The notes under the pieces were generated by a model that had not been told where the DNA came from, ran no database searches, and was given only the letters and a program-made list of their open reading frames with translations. Below are positions 54,480 through 63,735 of a stretch of DNA of 64,000 bases, piece by piece. A program made the position numbers and the translations under genes. Numbering within the stretch: position 1 is the stretch's first letter; every line of letters begins with the position of its first letter. Where the stretch lies: positions 10,678 to 74,677 of the forward strand of contig SFHU01000001.1 in the NCBI GenBank assembly GCA_004555535.1. The letters are read 5' to 3'. The stretch is from Clostridiales bacterium. GTDB lineage: Bacteria > Bacillota > Clostridia > Christensenellales > Aristaeellaceae.

Positions 54480-55160
54480 TCACTGCGGCAGCCTTCGGGT
54501 CAGCAGGTTGCCCACGGACTGGATGATCGTCACCAGGATCAGCAGGATGATGACCGTCACAATCGTCACATCCGTCTGGAAGCGCTGGAAGCCGTAGCGG
54601 ATCGCGTAATCGCCCAGACCGCCGCCGCCGACGCAGCCGGCCATCGCGGAGAGCGCGATGAGGTTGATGATCGTGATCGTCGCGCCGCGGATCATGCCGC
54701 CCAGGCCCTCGCGCAGATACACGCGCAGGACGATCTCCCACGGGCCGGAGCCCATCGCCTGCGCCGCCTCGACGACGCCCCTGTCCACCTCGCACAGCGC
54801 GCTGTGGATCTGGCGGGAGAAGAACGGGATCGTGCCGATCACCAGCGGGAAGATCGCGCCCTTCGTGCCGATGGACGTGCCCATGACGATGCGCGTCAGC
54901 GGCAGCAGCAGCGCGATCAAAATGACGAACGGGATCGAGCGGAAGACGTTGATGACCTTATCGAGCACGGAATAGACGGCCCTGTTCTCCATGATGCCGC
55001 CCGGCGCGCTCACCACGAGCACGACGCCGAAGAACACGCCGAACAACGCGCTCCACAGCGCGCTGATGCCGACCATTTGCAGCGTCTGGAAGAACGCCTT
55101 GGTCATCTCCGGAAACGTCTTGACGACGTTGGGCATGATGCCGCTCAGAAGCTCAGCCAC
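54480..55160 (-). CDS. metI: methionine ABC transporter permease
   Basis: GTG start after GGAGGTGA. SIPFVILIALLLPLTR and EAAQAMG motifs. Confidence 0.85.
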   Translation of the reverse strand: MAELLSGIMPNVVKTFPEMTKAFFQTLQMVGISALWSALFGVFFGVVLVVSAPGGIMENRAVYSVLDKVINVFRSIPFVILIALLLPLTRIVMGTSIGTKGAIFPLVIGTIPFFSRQIHSALCEVDRGVVEAAQAMGSGPWEIVLRVYLREGLGGMIRGATITIINLIALSAMAGCVGGGGLGDYAIRYGFQRFQTDVTIVTVIILLILVTIIQSVGNLLTRRLPQ

Positions 55161-56193
55161 GGCAGATCACCTCCACTCGGTTCGCGCACGCGCGGAACGC
55201 CTCAAGCGCGGCGGCGACCTTCTCCTCCCCGCCGCGGAAGACGACGATCATCGTCCCGAACGGCGTGCCCAACAGCATTTCGACGTTGCCAAAGATGATG
55301 GAGATGTCCACGCCGTATTCGCGCGAGAGACGCGAGACGACCGCCTGCGACGCGCTGTCGCCCGCGCAGTCATAGCGCACGACGATGTCTCCCTTCTTCA
55401 CGCCCAGCGACGCGGGATTCGTGCGCAGGATCTCCTCGACGCTGTCGATATGCGTCGTCGTGCGGATGAAGCGGCCCGTGATGGGCTGCTGCGGATTGGA
55501 GAACACGTCGTAGATGCTCCCCTCCTCGACGACCCGGCCATCCTCCATGACGGCCACGCGCGTACAGATCTGCTTGACGACGGCCATCTCATGCGTGATG
55601 AGCACGATGGTCAGGTGCAGCGATTCATTGAGCTCGCGCAGCAGCTTCAGGATATCCCCGGTCGTCTGCGGGTCGAGCGCGCTGGTCGCCTCATCGCACA
55701 GCAGCACCTTGGGATCGTTCGCCAGCGCTCTGGCGATGGCCACGCGCTGCTTCTGTCCGCCGGAGAGCTGGCTGGGATAGGCCTTCTCCTTCTCCTCCAG
55801 CCCGACGATGCGCAAAAGGCCCATGACCTTCTCGCGCTTTTCCTCCCGGCTGAGCTTCGAGCCCAGCAGCGGATAGGCGACGTTTTCATAGACCGTGCGC
55901 GACTTCATGAGGTTGAAGTGCTGGAAGATCATGCCCATGCGCTTTCTCGCCCCGCGCAGCTCGCGCTCGCTGAGCTTCGTCAGATCCTGCCCATCCAGGA
56001 TCACCTGGCCGCTCGTCGGGCGCTCCAGCAGGTTGATGCAGCGCACGAGCGTCGACTTGCCTGCGCCGGAAAAGCCGATGATGCCGAAGATTTCGCCGTC
56101 CCCGATGGTCAGCGACACGTCCCGGACGGCATGGACGTTCGCCTCCTTCGCCCCGGTCTCAAATGTCTTGCAGACCTGACGCAATTCAATCAT
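55153..56193 (-). CDS. metN: methionine ABC transporter ATP-binding protein with C-terminal NIL domain
   Basis: GFSGAGKSTLVRC, LSGGQKQRVAIARAL, LCDEATSALDP; NIL-type tail. Confidence 0.9.
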   Translation of the reverse strand: MIELRQVCKTFETGAKEANVHAVRDVSLTIGDGEIFGIIGFSGAGKSTLVRCINLLERPTSGQVILDGQDLTKLSERELRGARKRMGMIFQHFNLMKSRTVYENVAYPLLGSKLSREEKREKVMGLLRIVGLEEKEKAYPSQLSGGQKQRVAIARALANDPKVLLCDEATSALDPQTTGDILKLLRELNESLHLTIVLITHEMAVVKQICTRVAVMEDGRVVEEGSIYDVFSNPQQPITGRFIRTTTHIDSVEEILRTNPASLGVKKGDIVVRYDCAGDSASQAVVSRLSREYGVDISIIFGNVEMLLGTPFGTMIVVFRGGEEKVAAALEAFRACANRVEVICRG

Positions 56194-56255
56194 GTAGTTG
56201 TTCCTTCCGTATTTTTTTCCCTGCCGCCGGGCCAGGGCCCAAGGCGGCGAGCTTC

Positions 56256-56284
56256 ATTATACCCGCTTCGGGAAATATAGGCAA
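56256..56284 (-). promoter_or_regulatory. promoter TTGCCT-17-TATAAT for metNIQ
   Basis: Seen on the minus strand. The leader is only about 55-60 nt, too short for a SAM riboswitch. Confidence 0.5.
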
Positions 56285-56422
56285 GAATAAAAATAATATG
56301 ATCGGTCATAGTCTGAAGCTATTACCATCCCGACTATTTTGATAGGTTTTTGCGCGCATGAAAAAGAGGATTTTTTTTCGGTGTGGCGAATCCTATACCC
56401 CACAACAACACAGGAAAGCTGG

Positions 56423-57598
56423 ATGATCATGGATTTTCTTTCTGAAGCCCGCGCCGCTGAGGCCGGCATGCGCACCTTTTTTGAGGACCTGCACCAGTAT
56501 CCCGAGCCCTCCCACGGCGAGGTGCGCACCAACGCGCAGGTGCGCCGCGCGCTGTCCGTGCCGGGCATCGAGCTGCTCTGCCCGAAGGACAACATCACGG
56601 TCGCCGTCATCCGCGGGGAAAAGCCCGGCAAAACGATCGGCCTGCGCTTTGACACCGACGCCCTGCAGATGCAGGAGCTGACCGACCTGCCCTACAAATC
56701 GAAAATCGACGGTATGATGCACGGCTGCGGCCATGACGCGCACACGACCGTCGGCGTCTACACGGCGCTGCTGCTCGCCGCGCACCGCAGCGAGCTGCCC
56801 GGCGTCTACAAAATCATCTTCCAGCCCGCCGAGGAGGGCGAGCGCGGCGCCAAGGAGGTCATCGCGACGGGCGTCGCCGACGGCATCGACGCGTTCTACG
56901 CGCTGCACGTCTGGAGTCCGTATGCGACGGGCACGCTGCATGCCTCCGCGGGCGGCGTCTGCGCCGCGCCGGACATGTTCAAGGTCACCATCCACGGTCG
57001 GGGCGGCCACGGCGCCGTGCCGGACGCCTGCATCGACCCCATCGCGGCGGGCGCGGCCATCGTGCAGAGCCTGCAGCACATCCCCTCCCGCTTCATTTCG
57101 CCGATGCAGAGCGTCGTCGTGACGGTCGGCTCGTTCCACGCGGGCACGCGCTGCAACATCATCGCGCAGGACGCCGTGCTCGAGGGCACGCTGCGCTGCT
57201 TTGACGACGCCGTGCACGAGACGCTGCTGAGCTGCTTTGAGCGGATCATCAGCGACGTCGCCCATGCCCACGGCTGCACGGCGGAGATCGAGATGAACCA
57301 CGTCTGCGGCGTGACGGTCAACGATGCGCGCCTGGCGCAGCTGGCCCGCGAGGCCGCGAAGGCGCTCGTCCCGCCGGAGAAGATCCAGATGCAGGAGCCG
57401 AGCATGCTGGGCGACGACTTTGCCGACTACCGCGCGATTGGCCCATGCTGCTATGTGCAGGTGGGCATGAACGCGCCGGAGAAGGGCTGTACGGCGGCGC
57501 ACCACCATGGGATGTTCAAGGTGGACGAGGATATCCTTCCGCTGGCGACGGCCTGGATGGCGGATTGCGCCGTGCGCGCGGCCGGCGATGGACAATGA
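56423..57598 (+). CDS. M20D-family amidohydrolase (N-acyl-amino acid amidohydrolase/hippurate hydrolase-like)
   Basis: DALQMQE, MHGCGHDAHT, FQPAEEG, HGRGGHGA. Divergent from metNIQ. Confidence 0.85.
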   Translation: MIMDFLSEARAAEAGMRTFFEDLHQYPEPSHGEVRTNAQVRRALSVPGIELLCPKDNITVAVIRGEKPGKTIGLRFDTDALQMQELTDLPYKSKIDGMMHGCGHDAHTTVGVYTALLLAAHRSELPGVYKIIFQPAEEGERGAKEVIATGVADGIDAFYALHVWSPYATGTLHASAGGVCAAPDMFKVTIHGRGGHGAVPDACIDPIAAGAAIVQSLQHIPSRFISPMQSVVVTVGSFHAGTRCNIIAQDAVLEGTLRCFDDAVHETLLSCFERIISDVAHAHGCTAEIEMNHVCGVTVNDARLAQLAREAAKALVPPEKIQMQEPSMLGDDFADYRAIGPCCYVQVGMNAPEKGCTAAHHHGMFKVDEDILPLATAWMADCAVRAAGDGQ

Positions 57599-57612
57599 CA
57601 GGATGACACAGA

Positions 57613-57652
57613 GATATCCACAGCTTGACGTAAAGTTGTGGATATCTTTGTA
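57613..57652 (+). terminator. terminator after the M20 amidohydrolase gene
   Basis: GATATCCACA..TGTGGATATC 10-bp stem followed by TTTGT. Confidence 0.55.
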
Positions 57653-57673
57653 TCATGTACAGAAAAACGTCCT

Positions 57674-57808
57674 CCGCCGCGAAGCGAACCGGGGGCAAGA
57701 GGCTCAGCCCCTTGGCCCGTCACAGGACGGCAGCCCTATCGTATCCCCATCATTCCAAAAACGTAGACTCAGAGCAGGCCGCTTTGCGGCCTACGATTGA
57801 GACGGGTT
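57674..57808 (-). repeat. interspersed modular repeat, short form (core 57760..57808)
   Basis: CCGCCGCGAAGCGAACCGGGGGCAAGAGGCTCAGCCCCTTGGCC..GGACGGCAGCCCTATCG..AACGTAGACTCAGAGCAGGCCGCTTTGCGGCCTACGATTGAGACGGGTT. Confidence 0.85.
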
Positions 57809-57957
57809 ATCTCCGCAACCCCCCACAGAAAACTGACTCCTCTTTTTTCACGCGTTCTTAACAGGAATTTGACGCCGTCTCCCGAAATATAATGAGACTG
57901 ATTTCACATCCCATGCGCCGCTTCGCGCAGAATGCTCAGACTCAGGGGGATTCATCC

Positions 57958-58263
57958 ATGAAGCATGCCGGCATACGCCATTTCACCTCGCCCGTCAACC
58001 GGGAAAAGCTGCGCGAATTCGTCCAGCGCCGCAAGATCAACGCATTCGGGCTGCTCGCGCTGACCATGCTCAGCGTCATCATCACGCTGCTGGGCGTGCT
58101 CACGGGCTTTCCGCGCACGAACATTCTCGTGTTCGTGACCATCATGCTGCTGCTGCTGTGCGCCGTTCAGCTCTACAAGCTGCGCCACTCCTTCCGCACC
58201 ATCCGCTCCTTCAAGGGCATGCGCAAGCGCCGCCCCGACAGCGACGCCGCGCAGACGGAGTGA
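57958..58263 (+). CDS. small membrane protein, hypothetical
   Basis: Trimmed to MKHAGIRHF; two TM helices then a basic tail; followed by terminators. Confidence 0.5.
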   Translation: MKHAGIRHFTSPVNREKLREFVQRRKINAFGLLALTMLSVIITLLGVLTGFPRTNILVFVTIMLLLLCAVQLYKLRHSFRTIRSFKGMRKRRPDSDAAQTE

Positions 58264-58298
58264 GCGGAAACCGCCGGTGAATCGGTTTTTTTATGAAG

Positions 58299-58360
58299 AA
58301 AAGGGCTGACAGCCCAGGCTCCGGAGCGTATCCGGAAGGGGCTGTCAGCCCTTTTATTTA
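58299..58360. terminator. long perfect hairpin, bidirectional terminator
   Basis: AAGGGCTGACAGCCC..(CCGGA/TCCGG)..GGGCTGTCAGCCCTT followed by TTATTTATT. Preceded by a weaker hairpin plus T7 at 58268..58292. Confidence 0.7.
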
Positions 58361-58662
58361 TTCAATGCTTATGAGACTGTCAGGCTAGGAATCCAGACAT
58401 TTCAAGCAAAACCTTAGAATTTGCGCCCGAAGGGTTCCAAAGGGCGATCAAAAAGCCCTTTGGCCGGGCGTTGGGGCAGAGCCCCAAGCTCAGAACGGCC
58501 AATGATTCTTAGATCATTTGCTTTTTGAAATGTTCAGGATTACTCTGTAAGTCCTTCTGCAAAGCTCCGGTCTCGGGCACAAAGCAACTGGACAACCGTC
58601 ACTTCGTCGGAAATGCCACCGGCATCATGCCGGTTTAGCCTGACATCCCCTTTGCGGAGTCA

Positions 58663-58822
58663 ACCCGTCTCAATCGTAGACCGCTGCGCGGTCTGCTCTG
58701 AGACTACGTTCTTTCTGATCGCTTCGCGATAGGGAACGTTGGGCTGCTGCCCAAACCCGCCCGGGGCTCTGCCCCGGACCCTGCAAGGGGCTAAGCCCCT
58801 TGACCCTAATTCGCTTCGCGCG
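58663..58822 (+). repeat. interspersed modular repeat, short form (core 58663..58710)
   Basis: Core with GACCGC/GCGGTC stem, then GATCGCTTCGCGAT, CGTTGGGCTGCTGCCCAAACC, CCCGGGGCTCTGCCCCGG, CAAGGGGCTAAGCCCCTTG and the tail AATTCGCTTCGCGCG. Confidence 0.85.
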
Positions 58823-58850
58823 CAGAAAAGCCGCCTTCAGAATTTCCCTC

Positions 58851-59495
58851 TCATATCGCCTTGGGCAGATTCCAGCGGAACACGGTCGCCAGCAGGCGCA
58901 GCGCCGTCGTCAGCAGGCACCCCGCGGCATAGGCGAGGTTGGAGGCGACGCCCACGCGGCACAGCAGCGCGAAGAACAGCGCGCCCGCGATGGCCGCCAC
59001 GGCATACACGCGCTTCTTGAGCACAAAGGGGATCTCCTGAATGAGCACGTCGCGCAGCATGCCTCCGCCCACGGCGGTCGTCATGCCCAGGAACGTGACG
59101 AGGAAGAGGTTGCTCTCAAAGCCCGCCTCCATGCCGATGCGCGCGCCGGAGACGGCGAACACGCCCAGGCCGATCGCGTCGAACACGTTGTTGATCTGCT
59201 CGATGAGCGGCTCCCGGCGCACGAACTTCTCCTTGAAGATGCGCGCGAGCACGAACACCGTCACGGCGCAGAGCGTCGCGAGCAGCACATAGTGGAAGCT
59301 GGAGAACATCCGCGGCGGAATATGGCCGATGAGCACGTCGCGCAGCGTGCCGCCGCCCAGCGCCGTGATCACGGCCAGCAGGATCACGCCGAAGATATCC
59401 GTCCGCTTGTCGATGGCGACCATCGCGCCGGAGACGGCGAACGCCGCCGTGCCGATCCATTCGCCCATCTGAAAGAAGATATACAGATCCGTCAT
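58851..59495 (-). CDS. TRIC/UPF0126-family cation channel protein (YadS-like)
   Basis: Trimmed to MTDLYIFFQ. Duplicated motif A(I/V)..GGG.LRDVLI. Confidence 0.8.
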   Translation of the reverse strand: MTDLYIFFQMGEWIGTAAFAVSGAMVAIDKRTDIFGVILLAVITALGGGTLRDVLIGHIPPRMFSSFHYVLLATLCAVTVFVLARIFKEKFVRREPLIEQINNVFDAIGLGVFAVSGARIGMEAGFESNLFLVTFLGMTTAVGGGMLRDVLIQEIPFVLKKRVYAVAAIAGALFFALLCRVGVASNLAYAAGCLLTTALRLLATVFRWNLPKAI

Positions 59496-59630
59496 TGAAC
59501 CGATGCCTCCGCGCATTATTTTTTTCTGCCGTGTGAAAGGAATGCCAGGGTCTAAGCGAGGTTGACCGGCAGGCGCATTTCCTCCGGGAGCGTGGTGAGT
59601 TGGGGATGGATGCCTGCTTTGCAGCGCAGA

Positions 59631-59767
59631 ACCCGTCTCAATCGTAGACCGCTTCGTGTTCTGCTCTGAGACTACGTTTTTTATTGATTATGAAGGACAC
59701 GATAGGGCTGCCGCCCTATGACCTGCCTGAGGGATTTCATCCCTCAGACTCCCTTCTTCGCTTCGCG
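59631..59767 (+). repeat. interspersed modular repeat, short form (core 59631..59678, 3' stem arm decayed)
   Basis: ACCCGTCTCAATCGTAGACCGCTTCGTGTTCTGCTCTGAGACTACGTT, then GATAGGGCTGCCGCCCTATGACC and CTGAGGGATTTCATCCCTCAGACTCCCTTCTTCGCTTCGCG. Confidence 0.85.
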
Positions 59768-59788
59768 CCTGATGATGCAGCTGTGCAT

Positions 59789-60019
59789 TTATTCCAGTTC
59801 GCCGGTATCGCCCCGCGCGTAAGCCGCCGTCAGCACGTCGCCAAGCGCGATATGCGCCTCCCGCTTACGGCCAGGCAGGCGCGCCGTAAAGCCTTCGCCG
59901 CTTTCGTCGATGGCCGTGACGAGCAGGTTGCGCCGCTCCATGCGCCCCGCTTCGCCCATCGTGACGACGCAGATCTTCCGCCCGCGCTCCAGCGAATACC
60001 TCAAAAACCGCATGACCAC
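59789..60019 (-). CDS. small hypothetical protein (76 aa) downstream of the C39-like peptidase
   Basis: ORF begins 19 nt after the peptidase stop. No family recognised. Confidence 0.4.
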   Translation of the reverse strand: MVMRFLRYSLERGRKICVVTMGEAGRMERRNLLVTAIDESGEGFTARLPGRKREAHIALGDVLTAAYARGDTGELE

Positions 60020-60038
60020 GGTCTTCCCCGCCTTCCGC

Positions 60039-60908
60039 TCATTCCTCCGGCCGCTTCATCGTGTAGAACGAGGAGAGGCCCAGCCGCAGCACGTCCTTCG
60101 TCCTCCCGCGCACCAGCCCCGGCTCGACGACCTCGAGCAGGTGGCTCGTGTCCCGCTCATAGCTTTCCCGCATGAAGGGATCGAGGATGTAGATATAGTC
60201 CTCGTCCGCGGCGGCGATGACCATGAAGTGCGACGTGCTGGTGAAGATGCCTTTGGTCACGCAGGTGACGACCATGCCGCCGCTGTGCAGCACGGCAAGC
60301 GCGTTCTCCCAGCCGCTGTAGCCCCGATAGGTCAGGCCATACGCGTTGGCCAGCGTCTCGAAGATCAGCGTCGAGGTGCCAAAGCCGTCGCGCTTGCGCA
60401 GCACCAGCCCCTGCGCGTTGTTGCCCGTGGCGTAGGACGCGAGGATCACCGGCAGCGCCGCGAGGAAATCCTCCGGCGTTCGGGGGTCGGTGATTCCATG
60501 CTCGGTGCCGTGATGGTCAAACGCGTTGACCGCGCAGGGGCAGTACGGAAAGCCCGTCTCCGGATCGGCGGCCTGCTCAAGCAGCGCCGGCAGCTCCTGC
60601 GGCGTGAGCAGGTTCGCAATCGCGATGGCCGCGGCCGTCGGCGCGCAGCCGCCGCCGTGCATCACGCGGTAATTCTTGCTGAAGCGCGGCTCATAGAGCG
60701 ACCGGTCCCAGTCCGGGTCGTTCTGCGCGTAATAGACGAAGTCTCCGAAGCCGTCGATGGTGATCGTCCGGCTGTACGCCTGCTCAGGCTGGACGCCCTC
60801 CGACGGGGTCGTTTCGCCCTGCGCCTCCTCCGCCGGGCAGGCTGCAGCGCACAGGGACAGGCAAAGCGCCAGACACAGCGCGGTCAAAAAGCGATGCTTC
60901 TGTTTCAT
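60039..60908 (-). CDS. secreted C39-like (papain-fold) cysteine peptidase domain lipoprotein
   Basis: Trimmed to MKQKHRFLTALCLALCLSLCAAAC (RBS AAGGAA). HGGGCAPTAAAIAIANL carries the putative catalytic Cys; SHFMVI supplies a His. Confidence 0.6.
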   Translation of the reverse strand: MKQKHRFLTALCLALCLSLCAAACPAEEAQGETTPSEGVQPEQAYSRTITIDGFGDFVYYAQNDPDWDRSLYEPRFSKNYRVMHGGGCAPTAAAIAIANLLTPQELPALLEQAADPETGFPYCPCAVNAFDHHGTEHGITDPRTPEDFLAALPVILASYATGNNAQGLVLRKRDGFGTSTLIFETLANAYGLTYRGYSGWENALAVLHSGGMVVTCVTKGIFTSTSHFMVIAAADEDYIYILDPFMRESYERDTSHLLEVVEPGLVRGRTKDVLRLGLSSFYTMKRPEE

Positions 60909-60952
60909 ACGATGTTCCTTTGGTTGTCGGGTTTGGATGTTTTCATGAAGTA

Positions 60953-61096
60953 AGCCCGTCTCAATCGTAGGCTGCTGCGCAGCCTGCTCTGAGACTGTTT
61001 TTTTGATCGCTTCGCGATGGGGAACGCTGGGGGATTTCATCCCCCATACCCCTAGCCTGGGGACATTGTCCCCAGACCCCTTCTTTGCTTCGCGCG
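60953..61096 (+). repeat. interspersed modular repeat, short form (core 60953..60997)
   Basis: AGCCCGTCTCAATCGTAGGCTGCTGCGCAGCCTGCTCTGAGACTG, then GATCGCTTCGCGAT, TGGGGGATTTCATCCCCCA, TGGGGACATTGTCCCCA and the tail CCCCTTCTTTGCTTCGCGCGCG. Confidence 0.85.
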
Positions 61097-61107
61097 CGAA
61101 AAAGCGG

Positions 61108-63021
61108 CTATTGCGTCACCGCATAAATCGTCACATCCGCGTTCTCATACACGACCGGATACGCCGCCTCAAGCGCGGCCATATCGACGTCAAAATCCGC
61201 GCGCTCATAGTCGCTGACGTAGATGTAATCGACGCCGTAGGTCCTGAGCACATCGGCGTTGTTTCCAGGGTCCTCGAGGAAGCGCCGGCAATCCTCCGCC
61301 TGCTGCGCATAGCTCAGCCCGTGGAAGAACACGTACAGGTCGCTGCCGCAGATGATCTGCCGCCCCGCCAGCGAGGCGACGGGATTGATGTGCTGCTGCC
61401 CGGTGAGGAAGACGGCGTCCCTGTCGGTGTTCTCCTCGACCCACTTGCCCGCGTCGACCGCCGTTCTGGAGAAGAGCTGATACCCGGAGACCGCCTCGCG
61501 CGCGATCGAGAGCGCGCCGGAGAGCACGCTCACGCCGATGAACAGCGCGCACAGGAGCCTTCTCCCGCCCAGCCCGGCCAGCCGCTGCATGAGCACGGAG
61601 CCGTAGTCCGCCGCGAGGATCGCGCCGAACATGTACCAGATATAGAAGAGCTTGTTGTTGTCGTACTCATTGCGCTGGAAGAGGATCGTCTCCGCGACGG
61701 CGAAGATCGCCGTCATGCCCAGCACGAGGTCGAGCTGGCCGCGCCGCCTCGCGTTCAGGCAGGCGCAGACGATCAGGATGAACGGCAGGCCGACGTTCTT
61801 CACCCAGAAGAAGAACCAGCCGTCGATCAGCCCCCTGCCGCCGCTGTTGTTGACCCAGTTGAACTGAAAGCGCAGCACGCCGCCCTCCACGGTCTGGCGG
61901 ATGGCGCCGGAGAGCACCTGCGGCAGCGCCAGCGCGAGCACAATCGCGAGGTACACGCCCGCGCGCTTGAGCACGCCGCGCCGGTCGTTTTTGTCGACGA
62001 TCAGTCGCCCGAGCAGATAGCCGCCTGAGAACAGCCCCAGCGCGAGGAACGTATGCGTATGCACGAGCGGCAGCGCGCCCGCCCAGACGGCGAGGATCAC
62101 CGTCTGGCGCATGGAGCGCTCCCGCTGCGAGCTGATGAGCAGCATCAGCGCCGGGAGCACCATCGCCCAGCCGCCCAGCAGCGAGCGCTGGGGGATCAGC
62201 AGATCGGCGATGACGTTGGAAAAGCGCAGGTTGAGCTCCGGCTGGTTGGCCGGCGTCCTGTAATAGCCGGTGAAGATCTCGCGGACCCTGGCAAAGCCGT
62301 CCTTGAACGCCATGTCAAAGTCATAGAGGAACCCGAGGCCGCCGTTGAAGAAGAACAGCAGCGCCGCGACGGCGACGGCCTTGTGCCGCCCGCCGAGAAT
62401 CTGCTGCGCCAGGAGCATGTAGCCCGCGTAGGTCAGCGCCATGAGCAGCGTGCCCGGGACGATCAGCGCCCAGTTGAGCGGCAGGCCGAGCAGCAGAAAG
62501 CTCGTGCTCAGCGAATCCGCCAGGTAGGGATAGGCCATCGGCGTCCCGGCGAGCAGGCTGTAGGACGGCGGGAACGCGGCGTCCTTCATCGAGGTCACGA
62601 ACGCCAGATGCATGCACAGGTCGCCATAGGTCGACTGGCCGCACCAGAGCGAGCCGTCCGGCGCGGGCATCAGGATATGCGTGTACTGCAAATAGGCCGA
62701 GAGCACGGTCAGCGGGATGCCGACCGCGGCCATGACGGCGAGCTGCCGCCTGTCCTGCGGCTGCATCCTTGCGGCCGCGCGCCGCTCGCGCAGCGGATAG
62801 CAGAGCGCCGTCAGCGCGAGCAGCGCCACAATGGCGAGCATGTGCGCCTCAATGGTGAAGTCCAGCAGCCGGGCGCACAGCGCCGGCAGCTGCATCATCA
62901 GCAGCACGCCCAGCGCCAGGCCCATGTAGATGCGCACGAGCGGGCGCTTGAGCGGCAGCAGCAGACGGACGATGAGCAAGCCGCCCATCAGGAACAGAAG
63001 GGTATACAGGATTGCCGCCAT
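61108..63021 (-). CDS. large polytopic membrane protein, possible GT-C-type glycosyltransferase
   Basis: About 637 aa and more than 12 TM. ATG 63021 (RBS GGTGAGG) preferred over GTG 63033. GT-C assignment is by architecture only. Confidence 0.5.
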   Translation of the reverse strand: MAAILYTLLFLMGGLLIVRLLLPLKRPLVRIYMGLALGVLLMMQLPALCARLLDFTIEAHMLAIVALLALTALCYPLRERRAAARMQPQDRRQLAVMAAVGIPLTVLSAYLQYTHILMPAPDGSLWCGQSTYGDLCMHLAFVTSMKDAAFPPSYSLLAGTPMAYPYLADSLSTSFLLLGLPLNWALIVPGTLLMALTYAGYMLLAQQILGGRHKAVAVAALLFFFNGGLGFLYDFDMAFKDGFARVREIFTGYYRTPANQPELNLRFSNVIADLLIPQRSLLGGWAMVLPALMLLISSQRERSMRQTVILAVWAGALPLVHTHTFLALGLFSGGYLLGRLIVDKNDRRGVLKRAGVYLAIVLALALPQVLSGAIRQTVEGGVLRFQFNWVNNSGGRGLIDGWFFFWVKNVGLPFILIVCACLNARRRGQLDLVLGMTAIFAVAETILFQRNEYDNNKLFYIWYMFGAILAADYGSVLMQRLAGLGGRRLLCALFIGVSVLSGALSIAREAVSGYQLFSRTAVDAGKWVEENTDRDAVFLTGQQHINPVASLAGRQIICGSDLYVFFHGLSYAQQAEDCRRFLEDPGNNADVLRTYGVDYIYVSDYERADFDVDMAALEAAYPVVYENADVTIYAVTQ

Positions 63022-63029
63022 GCCTTGCC

Positions 63030-63617
63030 TCACCTTGCCCGTTCGCTCTCGATGACCTGAAACGCCGCCTGGCGTCTGCGCCTGTGCGCACCCGGCGCCT
63101 CCTGCGGCGCGGCGGAGGCCTTCTCGGCGGGGCGGACGCGGCGCGTGTCGCCCTGCGCGTTCTCCTGCGTCTCGCGCACGATGCGCGGCTTCTTCTGCGG
63201 CCTTTCGGGCAGCAGATCGGGATCGGGCTCCTCCTGCGCGGGCGCTTCCTGCGCCGTCTCCTGCGCCACATCGGCCTTGATGGCCGCCAGGTCGAGCGCC
63301 GCCTGCCTGCGCCGGCTGCGCTCATCCGTCTCGCCGCGGATCTGGCGCGCGGCCGCCTCCGTACAGATGGCCTGACCGGAGAGCGCGGAATAGCGGCTCT
63401 GCCCGGCGGTCAGGATGGCCGCGTCCAGCAGCACGATGACCAGCACCGTCACCGGCACGGCATAGAGCGTCCGCAGCCCGAGCAGCACCGCCGCGACGCA
63501 TAGCGCCAGCGTCACGACGACGGCCACGGCCACATAGACTCTGCGCATCCGCGCCGCACTGCGGCGAAGCTCGCGCGCCGTCTTGTTGGTCAGGCGGATG
63601 ACGTCCCTGCTTTGCAT
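63030..63617 (-). CDS. hypothetical membrane protein (2 TM, charged C-terminal tail)
   Basis: Trimmed to MQSRDVIRL (RBS AGAGAGG). Operonic with the downstream membrane protein. Confidence 0.5.
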   Translation of the reverse strand: MQSRDVIRLTNKTARELRRSAARMRRVYVAVAVVVTLALCVAAVLLGLRTLYAVPVTVLVIVLLDAAILTAGQSRYSALSGQAICTEAAARQIRGETDERSRRRQAALDLAAIKADVAQETAQEAPAQEEPDPDLLPERPQKKPRIVRETQENAQGDTRRVRPAEKASAAPQEAPGAHRRRRQAAFQVIESERAR

Positions 63618-63735
63618 GGTGATCGACCTCTCTTCATGGTGGTTGGAATGGGATGATTGAACCTTATTTTTGCAACAGAATTCTCTGCACAACTGCGCTT
63701 ATCGGAGACTTCTCCTGTTTTCAAAGCCCAGAGAC

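Noticed and set aside
56194-56422. Expected a SAM riboswitch or T-box upstream of metNIQ.
   Set aside because: The predicted leader from the TTGCCT-17-TATAAT promoter is only about 55-60 nt and lacks SAM-I or T-box conserved motifs.
57613-57646. DnaA-box-like ATATCCACA in inverted pair, with soj-spo0J at 38.8-40.8 kb, suggesting oriC.
   Set aside because: There are only two boxes and they are the two arms of a terminator hairpin. I saw no cluster of DnaA boxes, no AT-rich unwinding element, and no dnaA/dnaN/rsmG/noc genes. I also found no parS (TGTTNCACGTGAAACA) by eye.
57900-57960. Sequence upstream of the small membrane protein gene (CGCTTCGCGCAG...CTCAGACTCAGGGGGATTCATCC) resembles scrambled tail and hairpin modules of the repeat, possibly donating the RBS.
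   Set aside because: It is too fragmentary and out of module order to call with confidence.
58385-58545. 6S RNA assignment for the AT-rich long hairpin.
   Set aside because: I could not identify a central bubble or conserved 6S sequence features by eye. It is kept only as an unexplained structured region in the findings.
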